From contig CABXXT010000004.1 in assembly GCA_902516285.1 (NCBI GenBank), positions 18,963 through 82,962 of the forward strand: DNA of 64,000 nucleotides, given 5' to 3'. Positions 50,432 to 59,562 of the stretch are shown piece by piece. A model generated the notes under the pieces. It had not been told where the DNA came from. It saw only the letters and a program-made list of their open reading frames with translations, and did not search any database. Every line of letters begins with the position of its first letter. Position 1 is the stretch's first letter. The translations under genes and the position numbers were made by a program. The stretch comes from an uncultured SAR86 cluster bacterium (GTDB lineage: Bacteria; Pseudomonadota; Gammaproteobacteria; Magnimaribacterales; D2472).

Positions 50432-50467
50432 AAACAAATCATAGTTATATCAATATATAATTATTAT

Positions 50468-51043
50468 ATGGCAAAACTTCATTTCTTTTACTCAACTATG
50501 AACGCTGGTAAGTCCACAGCTCTACTTCAATCAAATCATAACTATATTGAGAGCAACCTAAAAACTTTACTTTTTATTCCAGGTGACGTTAAATCAAAAG
50601 GATTTATAGTATCAAGAATTGGTCTTAAGAAAAAAGCAATCGTTGTTGATAAAGAGTACAATTTTTATAAACAAATCAGCAACAAAAATAACAAAAATAT
50701 AAGCTGTGTTTTCGTTGATGAAGCTCAATTTTTATCTAAAGATCAAGTACAACAATTAGCAAAAGTTGCTGACATTAAAAATATTCCAGTAATGTGTTAC
50801 GGCATCAGGACAGATTTCCAAGGTAAATTATTTGAAGGTAGTTGTGAGTTGCTAGCGATTGCTGATAATCTTAATGAGCTAAAAACTATTTGTAGTGAAT
50901 GTGAAAAAAAAGCAACAATGGTAGTACGGCTAGATGAAAGTGGTAAAGTTATACTTAAAGGAGATAAGGTTTTAATTGGAGGTAACGAAATATATAAGTC
51001 TCTTTGTAGAACACACTTTAGAAAACTAACTAAATTAATTTAA
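50468..51043 (+). CDS. tdk: Thymidine kinase
   Basis: YSTMNAGKS, VDEAQFL, YGIRTDF, C..C...CR.H; start at ATG 50468. Confidence 0.95.
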   Translation: MAKLHFFYSTMNAGKSTALLQSNHNYIESNLKTLLFIPGDVKSKGFIVSRIGLKKKAIVVDKEYNFYKQISNKNNKNISCVFVDEAQFLSKDQVQQLAKVADIKNIPVMCYGIRTDFQGKLFEGSCELLAIADNLNELKTICSECEKKATMVVRLDESGKVILKGDKVLIGGNEIYKSLCRTHFRKLTKLI

Positions 51044-51045
51044 AT

Positions 51046-52059
51046 ATGGAATATCAAAACAATCAATTACTTCTGAATAAGAGACCAGATGGTATGCCTG
51101 ATGACGATTGTTGGAAACTAAATACTGAAATAGTTAATTCACTCAATAAAAATGAAATTTTAATAGAAGTAAAGTATTTATCTATTGACCCTTATATGAG
51201 AGGAAGAATGAATGATTCTATGTCCTATGCCTCTCCTGCAAAACTTGGTCACCCTATGACAGGTGAAACTGTGGGTACTGTAGTTGAAAGTAATTCTTCT
51301 CTTTATAAAATTGGTGACAAATTATGCATACATGCTGGCTGGCAAACATACATTAAAGCAAAGGATACAGATCCATCAATTTTTAAAGTTCCACAATCTA
51401 AAATTCCTCTTTCTTCATATCTTGGTGCAGTTGGTATGCCTGGAAGAACAGCTTATTTTGGATTTAATAATGTTGGTAAACCCAAAGGGTCTGATACTGT
51501 AGTTGTATCAGCTGCATCTGGAGCAGTTGGATCAGTTGTCGGACAGCTGGCTAAGATTTTAGGATGCAGGGTTATAGGTATTGCAGGAGGTACAGAAAAA
51601 TGTACTTTTGTAAAAGAGATTTTAGACTTCGATGCATGTATTGACTATAAGTCTGAAAATTTCATTGAAGATCTTAAGGCTAGTTGTGACTCAGGTATTG
51701 ATATTTACTTTGAGAATGTAGGTGGTGCTGTCACAAAAGCTATAGCACCATTGCTAAACAAAAATGCAAGAGTACCAATATGTGGTTTTATTTCTCAATA
51801 TAATAAAAGGGATATGCTCAAAGCAGAAACACCTTTTAATATTCTTGGTTCCTTGAAGGTAAAACCTGAACACAGATTTTTTGTTGTAACTGAATGGATG
51901 GATCAATGGGAAAAGGCTACAGAAGATCTTTCAAAGTTAGTTGAAGACAATCAAATCAAGTACAAAGAAACCATCACAAAAGGATTTACTAATGCTCCTC
52001 AAGCATTGAGGGATGTATTGACTGGCAAAAATTTTGGTAAACAAATTATTCAAATTTAA
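51046..52059 (+). CDS. NADP-dependent oxidoreductase (CurA/PTGR-like MDR)
   Basis: SIDPYMRGRM, GMPGRTAY, VSAASGAVGS, YFENVGG, G.NFGK. Confidence 0.9.
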   Translation: MEYQNNQLLLNKRPDGMPDDDCWKLNTEIVNSLNKNEILIEVKYLSIDPYMRGRMNDSMSYASPAKLGHPMTGETVGTVVESNSSLYKIGDKLCIHAGWQTYIKAKDTDPSIFKVPQSKIPLSSYLGAVGMPGRTAYFGFNNVGKPKGSDTVVVSAASGAVGSVVGQLAKILGCRVIGIAGGTEKCTFVKEILDFDACIDYKSENFIEDLKASCDSGIDIYFENVGGAVTKAIAPLLNKNARVPICGFISQYNKRDMLKAETPFNILGSLKVKPEHRFFVVTEWMDQWEKATEDLSKLVEDNQIKYKETITKGFTNAPQALRDVLTGKNFGKQIIQI

Positions 52060-52832
52060 GAAATATCAATAGAGCCTTTCATATATAGTACTGCATGACC
52101 ACCAATTAATACTCTGTCTTCAAGGTTTTCACAAAAAACCTCTCCTCCTCTATCTGAAATCTGTTTAGCATGAAGAATATTTTTGTTAAAAACATTAGAC
52201 CAATAGGGAATTAAGCTTGTGTGCGCTGAACCGGTAACAGGATCTTCATTTATCCCATATTTAGGACAAAAATAACGTGAAACAAAATCATATTTTTTAC
52301 TTTTTGAAGTAATTATGAGGCCTTGCCCATCAAGAGCTGAGACTTTATCAAAATCTGGCTGTATTGATTTAATTGTTTTTTCAGAGTCAAAAATTGCAAA
52401 AAGATTTATTTCTCCTAAATAGGTTTCATTAGGTTTTGATCCAATCGCTTCATATACCTTGTCAATCATATCAACCTGAACAAACTTATCTTTAGGAAAG
52501 TCTAATTGTAAATAGGCATCTTTCTTTTTTACTTTTAAATATCCACTAGCAGAGTTCCATGTGACAGATTTTTTAGTATTATCTAAAAAATTAAAATAAA
52601 CAAATGCAGAAGCCAATGTAGCATGACCACATAAATTTACTTCACATGATGGAGAAAACCATCTAATACTTTTATTTTTTAAGTTTACGAATGCGGTTTC
52701 AGAAAGATTATTTTCAGTAGCAATTTTTTGCATTAAAACCTTGTCGTCAATTTCAGAAAACATGACAGCAGCAGGATTGCCAAAAAAAGTATCTTTGGTA
52801 AATGCATCTATAAAATAAATATCTTGTTTCAT
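52056..52832 (-). CDS. PhzF-family epimerase/isomerase
   Basis: DAFT...F.GNPAAV, NLSETAF, EVNLCGHATLA, EDPVTGSAH. Confidence 0.92.
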   Translation of the reverse strand: MKQDIYFIDAFTKDTFFGNPAAVMFSEIDDKVLMQKIATENNLSETAFVNLKNKSIRWFSPSCEVNLCGHATLASAFVYFNFLDNTKKSVTWNSASGYLKVKKKDAYLQLDFPKDKFVQVDMIDKVYEAIGSKPNETYLGEINLFAIFDSEKTIKSIQPDFDKVSALDGQGLIITSKSKKYDFVSRYFCPKYGINEDPVTGSAHTSLIPYWSNVFNKNILHAKQISDRGGEVFCENLEDRVLIGGHAVLYMKGSIDIS

Positions 52833-52882
52833 GATTTTAAATAATGCTTATCTATTCTCATCATAACTCATATAATATTCAT

Positions 52883-54253
52883 ATGATAAGAATACTATTT
52901 GTATCATTGTTTCTGTTTCTGACTTTTATATTAAATGCTCAGAATGTTGTTGTTGATATATTTAAACCAGACTACCGAAATCAATTATTTATGGATGTAG
53001 AGGTTGCTCTTGCAGAGGCACAAGCAGAATTAGGCATTATTCCAGATTGGGCTGCAAAAGAAATCAAATCAAAAGCTGATCTTACCAATCTTTCAAGCAA
53101 AGACATTGCAAAAGAACAAGAAGCAGTGAGACATTCATTAGTTGCTAGATTGAATGTCTGGAAAAGATCTATTGATAGTAATGCAGCTGAGTATCTTCAT
53201 TATGGCGCAACAACAGTTGATATTTGGGATACAGTTCTTGTCCTTCAAATAAGAGATACGATTGATCTCTTAATAGATGATTTGCTCGAAATCGAAGATT
53301 ATTTATTAACTTTAACTGAAGACAACATTTATACATACATGTCTGGAAGAACTCTAGGACAACATGCTCTTCCAATTACATTTGGAAAGAAAACTAGTAC
53401 TTGGTTAGCTGAAAATAGAAGAAACATTGAGAGATTAGAAAGTGTTCATTTAAAGATTAAAAAATCAGGTATATTAAAAGGTGCTGTAGGTTCTTACCTT
53501 GGTCTTGGGCCAAATGCAATTGAAACTGAAAAGTTGATGATGCTAAATCTCAATCTTAACGAACCCTCCAAGGACGATTGGCATGGAATAAGAGACGTTT
53601 TTGCTGAGTATGCTCTTACCTTATCTTTGATTTCAAAGTCTTTTGGAAGGATTGGAAATGAGTTAACTCTTCTTCAAATGACAGAACTTGGCGAGACAGA
53701 AGAATTTTTAGGTAATAGATCTATTGGGAGCAGTACGATGCCTCAGAAGAAAAATCCAAGAGGTCCTGGAGAATTAATTGAATATTCAAGAATAATTCCT
53801 CGAATATCTGAGATAGTGCTTGATGATATGATCAATAGTTTTGAAAGAGATGCTGAAAAGAGCGATGATGAACTTCGTCTTATCTCAATTTCAACAGAAG
53901 CAATGCTTGAAAAAGCAAAACCGCTTTTAAGAGACTTAAAAGTAAATAAAGAAAAAATGAGAGAAAATCTAGATATCACAAATGGGTTAATTTTATCTCA
54001 AAGATTAACTTTCTTTTTAGGTGACAAAATTGGGAAAGATACTGCTAATGATTTAATGCATGATGTTGCAAAATATGCACTTGAGAATAATCTTAGCTTA
54101 AAAGAAGCAGCAATGATGAACCAAAAAGTATCTAAAAATATAACTGAAACACAAATTGATGAGATTCTTAACCCCGAGACTTATATTGGACTTGCAGTAA
54201 AGCAAGCTGAATTGATTATAAAAGAAATAAAAAATAAAAGATCAAAGGATTAA
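52883..54253 (+). CDS. Fumarase/adenylosuccinate-lyase superfamily enzyme (PcaB-like) with signal peptide
   Basis: HYGATTVD, GRTLGQHA, GSSTMPQKKNP signature; N-terminus MIRILFVSLFLFLTFILNA. Confidence 0.8.
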   Translation: MIRILFVSLFLFLTFILNAQNVVVDIFKPDYRNQLFMDVEVALAEAQAELGIIPDWAAKEIKSKADLTNLSSKDIAKEQEAVRHSLVARLNVWKRSIDSNAAEYLHYGATTVDIWDTVLVLQIRDTIDLLIDDLLEIEDYLLTLTEDNIYTYMSGRTLGQHALPITFGKKTSTWLAENRRNIERLESVHLKIKKSGILKGAVGSYLGLGPNAIETEKLMMLNLNLNEPSKDDWHGIRDVFAEYALTLSLISKSFGRIGNELTLLQMTELGETEEFLGNRSIGSSTMPQKKNPRGPGELIEYSRIIPRISEIVLDDMINSFERDAEKSDDELRLISISTEAMLEKAKPLLRDLKVNKEKMRENLDITNGLILSQRLTFFLGDKIGKDTANDLMHDVAKYALENNLSLKEAAMMNQKVSKNITETQIDEILNPETYIGLAVKQAELIIKEIKNKRSKD

Positions 54254-54317
54254 AAATTCATACTTGTTTGCATATATATAAATTATATATATAATATAAC
54301 ATTCACAAAATCTATAT

Positions 54318-54920
54318 ATGCAAATACTAGACAAAATAAATAGAGAAAACATATCTGATATGTTTGCTTCCTCTATGACTAAATTCTTTAGGTTTATTGC
54401 AGATACCTTTTTTGCAAAGCGTTATGGCCATAGAGCAGTCGTTTTAGAAACAATTGCTGGTGTTCCAGGTATGATTGCTGGGGTTTGGATGCATTTTAAG
54501 AGCCTTAGAAAAATGAAGTCTGGCTATGGGCCACAGATAAGAGAGATGTTAGCTGAAGCTGAGAATGAAAGAATGCATTTAATGTTCTTTATTGAAATTG
54601 CAAAACCAAATTTTTTTGAAAGATCAATTGTTCTCATGTCACAAATATTATTTGGATTATTTTATTTTTTTATTTATGTTTTTTTTACAAGAACTGCACA
54701 TAGAATGATTGGATATTTTGAAGATGAGGCTGTAAAGAGTTATACCGAATATCTTGAAATTGTTGAGTCTGGAAAAGTAGAAAATATTCCAGCGCCTGCT
54801 CTTGCTATTCAATACTATAAAATTGGTAGTGACTCTAAGTTATCTGACTTGATAAGATGTGTAAGGGCTGATGAAGAGCATCATAGTGAAACAAATCATA
54901 GCTACGCAGATAACTTATAG
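54318..54920 (+). CDS. aox: Alternative oxidase (di-iron quinol oxidase)
   Basis: LETIAGVPG, ENERMHL, FEDEA..SY, RADEEHH iron-ligand motifs. Confidence 0.95.
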   Translation: MQILDKINRENISDMFASSMTKFFRFIADTFFAKRYGHRAVVLETIAGVPGMIAGVWMHFKSLRKMKSGYGPQIREMLAEAENERMHLMFFIEIAKPNFFERSIVLMSQILFGLFYFFIYVFFTRTAHRMIGYFEDEAVKSYTEYLEIVESGKVENIPAPALAIQYYKIGSDSKLSDLIRCVRADEEHHSETNHSYADNL

Positions 54921-54923
54921 ATT

Positions 54924-55304
54924 TTACTTATTTAAATTTAAAAGTGCGCAGAGCTTATTTCCAGTTGGATCTCTAAGATACGCTAAATAGACTCCATGCT
55001 CCTCACGAATACCAGGCGGATCTTCACATGTTGTTCCACCACTATTAATTCCAGCAGCATGCCAAGCGTCGCCCTGTTCTGGACTTTCGACGTGGAAACC
55101 AATGGTTGAACCATTTCCTAAAGTAGCATCATTTCCATCAATAGGAATAGTAATTCCAAAAGTATCTTTATTTTTATTCATGTAAAAGACCCTACCCTTT
55201 GGATCTCTATAACCTGATCTAATTCCAAGTTCTGCAAAAATAGCATCATAAAATTTTTTAGATTCTTCAATATCATTTACACCGACCATAACGTGACTGA
55301 ACAT
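54924..55304 (-). CDS. VOC/glyoxalase family protein
   Basis: FSHVMVGVND, GNGSTIGF, YLAYLRDPTGNKL. Confidence 0.9.
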   Translation of the reverse strand: MFSHVMVGVNDIEESKKFYDAIFAELGIRSGYRDPKGRVFYMNKNKDTFGITIPIDGNDATLGNGSTIGFHVESPEQGDAWHAAGINSGGTTCEDPPGIREEHGVYLAYLRDPTGNKLCALLNLNK

Positions 55305-55324
55305 AGAAAGCTCCCTTATATTAT

Positions 55325-55999
55325 TTAACTATTTATTATCATCCAATTTTTTCTCTTAGCAAACTTTTTTAGATTTTTATCAGGATTAACTGCTATTGGC
55401 ATATATACAGCTTCCAAAAGAGGTAAATCATTTTTTGAATCAGAATAAAAACAAGCATTGTTTAGGCTAAAATTGAAATCCCTGCAATATTTTTTAACTA
55501 ACTTTAATTTCCCCTCACCTAAAGCATGAGGCTGTTTTACCATTCCAGTACATCTTCCACTTTTAAAAATTACTTTAGATGATATAAAATTTTTAAAACC
55601 AAGTTTATTAGCAATGAAAGATACAATAAGACTATTTGTTGCGCTCGCAAGTAAGATTTCTTGATCTGTTTTTTTATGTTCACAAATTCTTTTTATTAAG
55701 TTCAAATCGTAAGCAGGCTCAATAATTTTGAAATAAAAGTCATTAAGAACTAAGTTAATATCATTTTGATTCATTCCAACAAATGGTTTTAATGAGAATT
55801 CTGAAAAGTTGTTAATATTTATTGAGCCGTCTTCATACGAATTAAAATAATCTTCATTTATCTTTCTATATTTCTCTAAAATTAGATCTTTATCAATGAG
55901 GTAATTAACCATTTCATAGTCTGAATCTATTTTTAAAATAGTATTATCTAAATCAAAAATAGCTAATTTAATTATTTTTTTATTATATTGTATTAACAC
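55325..55999 (-). CDS. HAD-IB hydrolase, probable histidinol-phosphate phosphatase
   Basis: FDLDNTIL..DSD, SATN, K, YSDS.NDLPLL, PIAVNPD; divergent from the his operon; start uncertain. Confidence 0.75.
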   Translation of the reverse strand: MLIQYNKKIIKLAIFDLDNTILKIDSDYEMVNYLIDKDLILEKYRKINEDYFNSYEDGSININNFSEFSLKPFVGMNQNDINLVLNDFYFKIIEPAYDLNLIKRICEHKKTDQEILLASATNSLIVSFIANKLGFKNFISSKVIFKSGRCTGMVKQPHALGEGKLKLVKKYCRDFNFSLNNACFYSDSKNDLPLLEAVYMPIAVNPDKNLKKFAKRKNWMIINS

Positions 56000-56016
56000 A
56001 GTGTAACAAGTATAAT
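55988..56016 (+). promoter_or_regulatory. Sigma-70 promoter of the his operon (probably leaderless)
   Basis: TTGTAT-N17-TATAAT; ATG 56023 lies 6 nt after the -10 box. Confidence 0.65.
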
Positions 56017-56022
56017 CGAATT

Positions 56023-56286
56023 ATGAATTTATATAAAGCTATAGAGAAATTAGAAACTCAACAACAAGTAAGAGCCTTCTTGACTGATTTATGTACACCA
56101 AAAGAAATCGAGAGTTTAATTGAAAGATGGGAAGTTGCAAAATTGCTATCAACTAAAAAATATACCTATCGAGAGATAGCAACAAAATTAGGTGCGTCAA
56201 CAACAACTGTTACAAGAGTAGCAAGATTTCTCTTTAATGAAAATAATAATGGATATAAAAGTATTCTAAATAAAAATGGAAAATAG
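56023..56286 (+). CDS. TrpR-like YerC/YecD repressor (putative HisR)
   Basis: FLTDLCTPKEI, ERW.VA, YREIA...GASTTTVTRVAR. Confidence 0.88.
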   Translation: MNLYKAIEKLETQQQVRAFLTDLCTPKEIESLIERWEVAKLLSTKKYTYREIATKLGASTTTVTRVARFLFNENNNGYKSILNKNGK

Positions 56287-57142
56287 AGTAAAAATTGCCA
56301 TTCAAAAAAATGGTAGATTGTCGACTGAATCATTATCAATTTTAAAAAAATGTGGTGTTGAGTTTAGTGATTCCAACAATAAACTCTTTATTAAATCAAC
56401 CAATATGCTTATAGATCTTCTTATGGTTAGAGACGATGATATACCAAGACTTGTAAGTCAAAATATTGCTGACTTAGGCATAGTTGGTGAAAATGTTGTA
56501 TCAGAAAAACAATTATCTGATTCATCTTTAAAATCAAAAACTATTCTAAAACTTGGTTTCTCAAAATGTAGACTATCTTTTGCAAAACCAAAAAAAATGA
56601 ATCTTGATAGCATAAATAATAAAAAAATTGCAACTTCCTACCCTGCCATAGTAAAAAATTATTTAAAAAGAAAAGATATTAATGCTGAAATAATTGAAAT
56701 ACATGGATCAGTAGAATTAACTCCATTTGTTGAAATATCAGATATTATTGCTGATCTTGTATCTACTGGATCAACCTTAGAATCAAATAATCTTACCGAG
56801 TTGGATTCCATAATGGATTCACAGGCGATATTAATCCAGTCAGGTTCAATTACATCAAAAAAATTGCCCTTAATTGATAAAATTGTGTCTAGAATCAATT
56901 CAGTTATCAAGGCTAAAGATAGTAAATATATAATGTTCAATGCTGAAACAGATAATGCTGATGAACTCATTAAATTACTACCTTCGGCAGAATCACCTAC
57001 TGTTATTCCGCTTGCTGACAGATCAAAGGTTGCAATACACACTGTCTGTAAAGAAGATATTTTTTGGAAAACTATTGAATCACTTAAATTAAGAGGTGCC
57101 AGCTCAATATTAGTTCTTCCTATTGAAAAGCTTTCATACTAA
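56276..57142 (+). CDS. hisG: ATP phosphoribosyltransferase (long form)
   Basis: IAIQKNGRL, VRDDDIP, IATSYP, GSVE, DLVSTGSTL, ILVLPIEK. Confidence 0.96.
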   Translation: MENRVKIAIQKNGRLSTESLSILKKCGVEFSDSNNKLFIKSTNMLIDLLMVRDDDIPRLVSQNIADLGIVGENVVSEKQLSDSSLKSKTILKLGFSKCRLSFAKPKKMNLDSINNKKIATSYPAIVKNYLKRKDINAEIIEIHGSVELTPFVEISDIIADLVSTGSTLESNNLTELDSIMDSQAILIQSGSITSKKLPLIDKIVSRINSVIKAKDSKYIMFNAETDNADELIKLLPSAESPTVIPLADRSKVAIHTVCKEDIFWKTIESLKLRGASSILVLPIEKLSY

Positions 57143-58990
57143 ATGAAAATAATTAATTCAAATCAAAATATTGAATGGAGAAAATCATTTTCAGGAAATG
57201 ATGAGTTGAAAACTGTTATTGAATTTGATGACCTCTTGAGAAACAAATCCTTTAAAGGTTTGCAAATAATTAATAAGGGACTTAACCAAAAAAATATAAA
57301 AAAATTAAGAGTTACAAAAAAAGAAATAGTTAATTCTGGAAAACTAGTTACTGATGATGAGAAATTTGCTTTATATGAAGCAATTAAAAACATATCATAT
57401 GTTTCAAAGTCTCAACTTAAAGATATTAGTAAATCGATTGAGCCTATAAATGGTTTAACTATATGGGACAAATTTGTTCCAATTACAAGCGTTGGCTTAT
57501 ATGTTCCAGGTGGAACAGCTCCACTTGTTTCATCTTTTTTGATGCAAGTAATACCTGCGATTACAGCAGGTTGCAAAGATATTATTATTTGCACTCCTCC
57601 TGATAAGAATGGAAAAATTTATCCAGCAATATTATGGCTGGCTGAACAGTTAAACGTTTCAAGTATTTATAAAATTGGTGGGGCTCAAGCTATATTGTCA
57701 ATGGCTAATGGTTATCTTGGAATACCAAAAGTAAACAAAATATTTGGTCCTGGTAATTCTTATGTTGCAGAAGCAAAAAAATATGTAAGTAATAAGGTTG
57801 CAATTGATTTATATGCTGGTCCAAGTGAAGTAATGGTGGTAACTAATGATAAAGAAAAAATATCATTAGCATCTATTGATGCACTATCTCAATTAGAACA
57901 TGGAAAAGATTCCAGTGCATTTATCTTATCAAAGTCTAAATCAGTATTAGATGGCATCAAAAAAGAAATAAAATCTTTATCAAAAGATTTAAGCAGAACA
58001 AATTTGTTAGATTGCTCTAAAAACAACATATCATTAGTTAAATGTAAATCTGACAAAGATATCGTAAATATGATCAATGATTGTGCACCAGAACATCTTG
58101 TATTACTGGATGATGATTTTCCAAGATATCTAGATTCAATAGAAAATGCAGGTTCTGTATTTTGTGGTAGCAAATCACCAGTTGCATTTGGCGATTATGC
58201 ATCTGGGACAAATCATGTCTTGCCAACAAGTGGCTGGGCAAAATCAAGCTCAGGCTTATCTACTAATGATTTCGTAAAAAAAGTTTCTTTTCAACAAACA
58301 AGCAAAAATGCTTTTAACTATCTTTCGGATAAGGTAATTAAATTAAGTGAGATTGAGAATCTTGATGCTCATGGTCTATCAGTGGAGATGAGAAAAAATA
58401 AAGATATTGACAAACCAAGAGCATCTTTCATAAGACGTCAAACAAAAGAAACATCAATATATGCATCAGTTGATTTAGATGGTCAAGGATTGTATGAAAT
58501 AGATACAGGAATAAATTTTTTAGATCATATGCTTGAACAATTTTGTAAGAATTCTGGTCTAAATATCTTTTTAAGAGCTGTTGGAGACCTTCAAATTGAT
58601 TTGCATCATACAATCGAGGATACGGCGATTGTCTTAGGTGAAGTTATATCAGAGAGTTTATCTTCAAGAGAAAATATTAATAGATACTCATCTAAAACAA
58701 TTATTATGGATGAATCAAGTGCAAAAGTTGATATAGATTTGAGCTCAAGAGCAAACCTAAATCTAAGTATTCCAATATTAAACAATTTTGTTGGCGATTT
58801 TCCAACTGAAATGTTGAGCCATTTCTTAGAATCTTTTGTCAAAAATTTAAAATTCACCTGTCACATTGAAATCAAGGGATCTAATAGCCATCATCTAATT
58901 GAGGTTTTATTTAAATGTCTTGGTAAGGCTTTTAAAGAGAGTATTCAGTTAAATACAGAAGAAATTACATCAACAAAGGGTCTATTATGA
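57143..58990 (+). CDS. hisD-hisB: Fused histidinol dehydrogenase (HisD) and imidazoleglycerol-phosphate dehydratase (HisB)
   Basis: HisD motifs GLYVPGG, GGAQA, GPGN, AGPSE, SQLEH, APEHL, GDYASGTNHVLPT; IGPD motifs R.TKET, FLDHML, DLHHTIED, NSHHLIE, STKG; single open frame. Confidence 0.92.
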   Translation: MKIINSNQNIEWRKSFSGNDELKTVIEFDDLLRNKSFKGLQIINKGLNQKNIKKLRVTKKEIVNSGKLVTDDEKFALYEAIKNISYVSKSQLKDISKSIEPINGLTIWDKFVPITSVGLYVPGGTAPLVSSFLMQVIPAITAGCKDIIICTPPDKNGKIYPAILWLAEQLNVSSIYKIGGAQAILSMANGYLGIPKVNKIFGPGNSYVAEAKKYVSNKVAIDLYAGPSEVMVVTNDKEKISLASIDALSQLEHGKDSSAFILSKSKSVLDGIKKEIKSLSKDLSRTNLLDCSKNNISLVKCKSDKDIVNMINDCAPEHLVLLDDDFPRYLDSIENAGSVFCGSKSPVAFGDYASGTNHVLPTSGWAKSSSGLSTNDFVKKVSFQQTSKNAFNYLSDKVIKLSEIENLDAHGLSVEMRKNKDIDKPRASFIRRQTKETSIYASVDLDGQGLYEIDTGINFLDHMLEQFCKNSGLNIFLRAVGDLQIDLHHTIEDTAIVLGEVISESLSSRENINRYSSKTIIMDESSAKVDIDLSSRANLNLSIPILNNFVGDFPTEMLSHFLESFVKNLKFTCHIEIKGSNSHHLIEVLFKCLGKAFKESIQLNTEEITSTKGLL

Positions 58991-59562
58991 TAGCTGTAAT
59001 TGATTGTGGAGGTGCAAATCTTCGTTCAGTATCTTATGCACTTGAAAATCTAAATATTGATTATCAAATTTGTAAAAAAAAAGAACAAGTAATAAATTCA
59101 AGTGCAATGATAATTCCTGGTGTAGGTGCAGCTAAAAATGTAATGAATAATTTAAAAAAACAAAATTTTATTAACACTATTAAAGAATATAAAAAACCAG
59201 TACTTGGTATATGTGTTGGAATGCAAATTTTCTATGAATTCTCAGAAGAAGAAGATCAGAAATGTTTAGGATTGATACCAGGAAAAATAAAAAGATTTAA
59301 TAAAAATAATTTAACAATTCCTCATATGGGATGGAATGAAGTAATTTTTAATGACGATTCGTTTGATGAATGCAATGGCTATTATTATTTTGCAAATAGT
59401 TATTATGCTGAAATAAATAAATTTACTTTTGGTAAATGTTCTTATGGCAATACATTTAGTGCTTTTGTCAGAAAAGATAACTTTTTTGGTGTTCAGTTTC
59501 ATCCAGAAAAATCTTCCAAAAAAGGCTCTAAATTTTTGATGCAATTCTTAAAACAACTATGA
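58987..59562 (+). CDS. hisH: Imidazole glycerol phosphate synthase, glutaminase subunit
   Basis: PGVG, GICVGMQ, PHMGWN, QFHPEKS. Confidence 0.96.
   Translation: MIAVIDCGGANLRSVSYALENLNIDYQICKKKEQVINSSAMIIPGVGAAKNVMNNLKKQNFINTIKEYKKPVLGICVGMQIFYEFSEEEDQKCLGLIPGKIKRFNKNNLTIPHMGWNEVIFNDDSFDECNGYYYFANSYYAEINKFTFGKCSYGNTFSAFVRKDNFFGVQFHPEKSSKKGSKFLMQFLKQL

Noticed and set aside
54272-54298. (AT)n palindromic repeat upstream of aox as a repeat element
   Set aside because: Short, low-complexity and expected in an AT-rich genome; at most part of the promoter.
55981-56275. Histidine attenuator leader peptide
   Set aside because: No His-codon run or attenuator hairpins; the space is occupied by the TrpR-like gene.
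2127-59544. Numerous 60-160 aa antisense or alternate-frame ORFs in the track (e.g. 3615-3905, 35644-36123, 56659-57042)
   Set aside because: They lie wholly within well-supported genes and have no recognisable motifs; treated as shadow ORFs.
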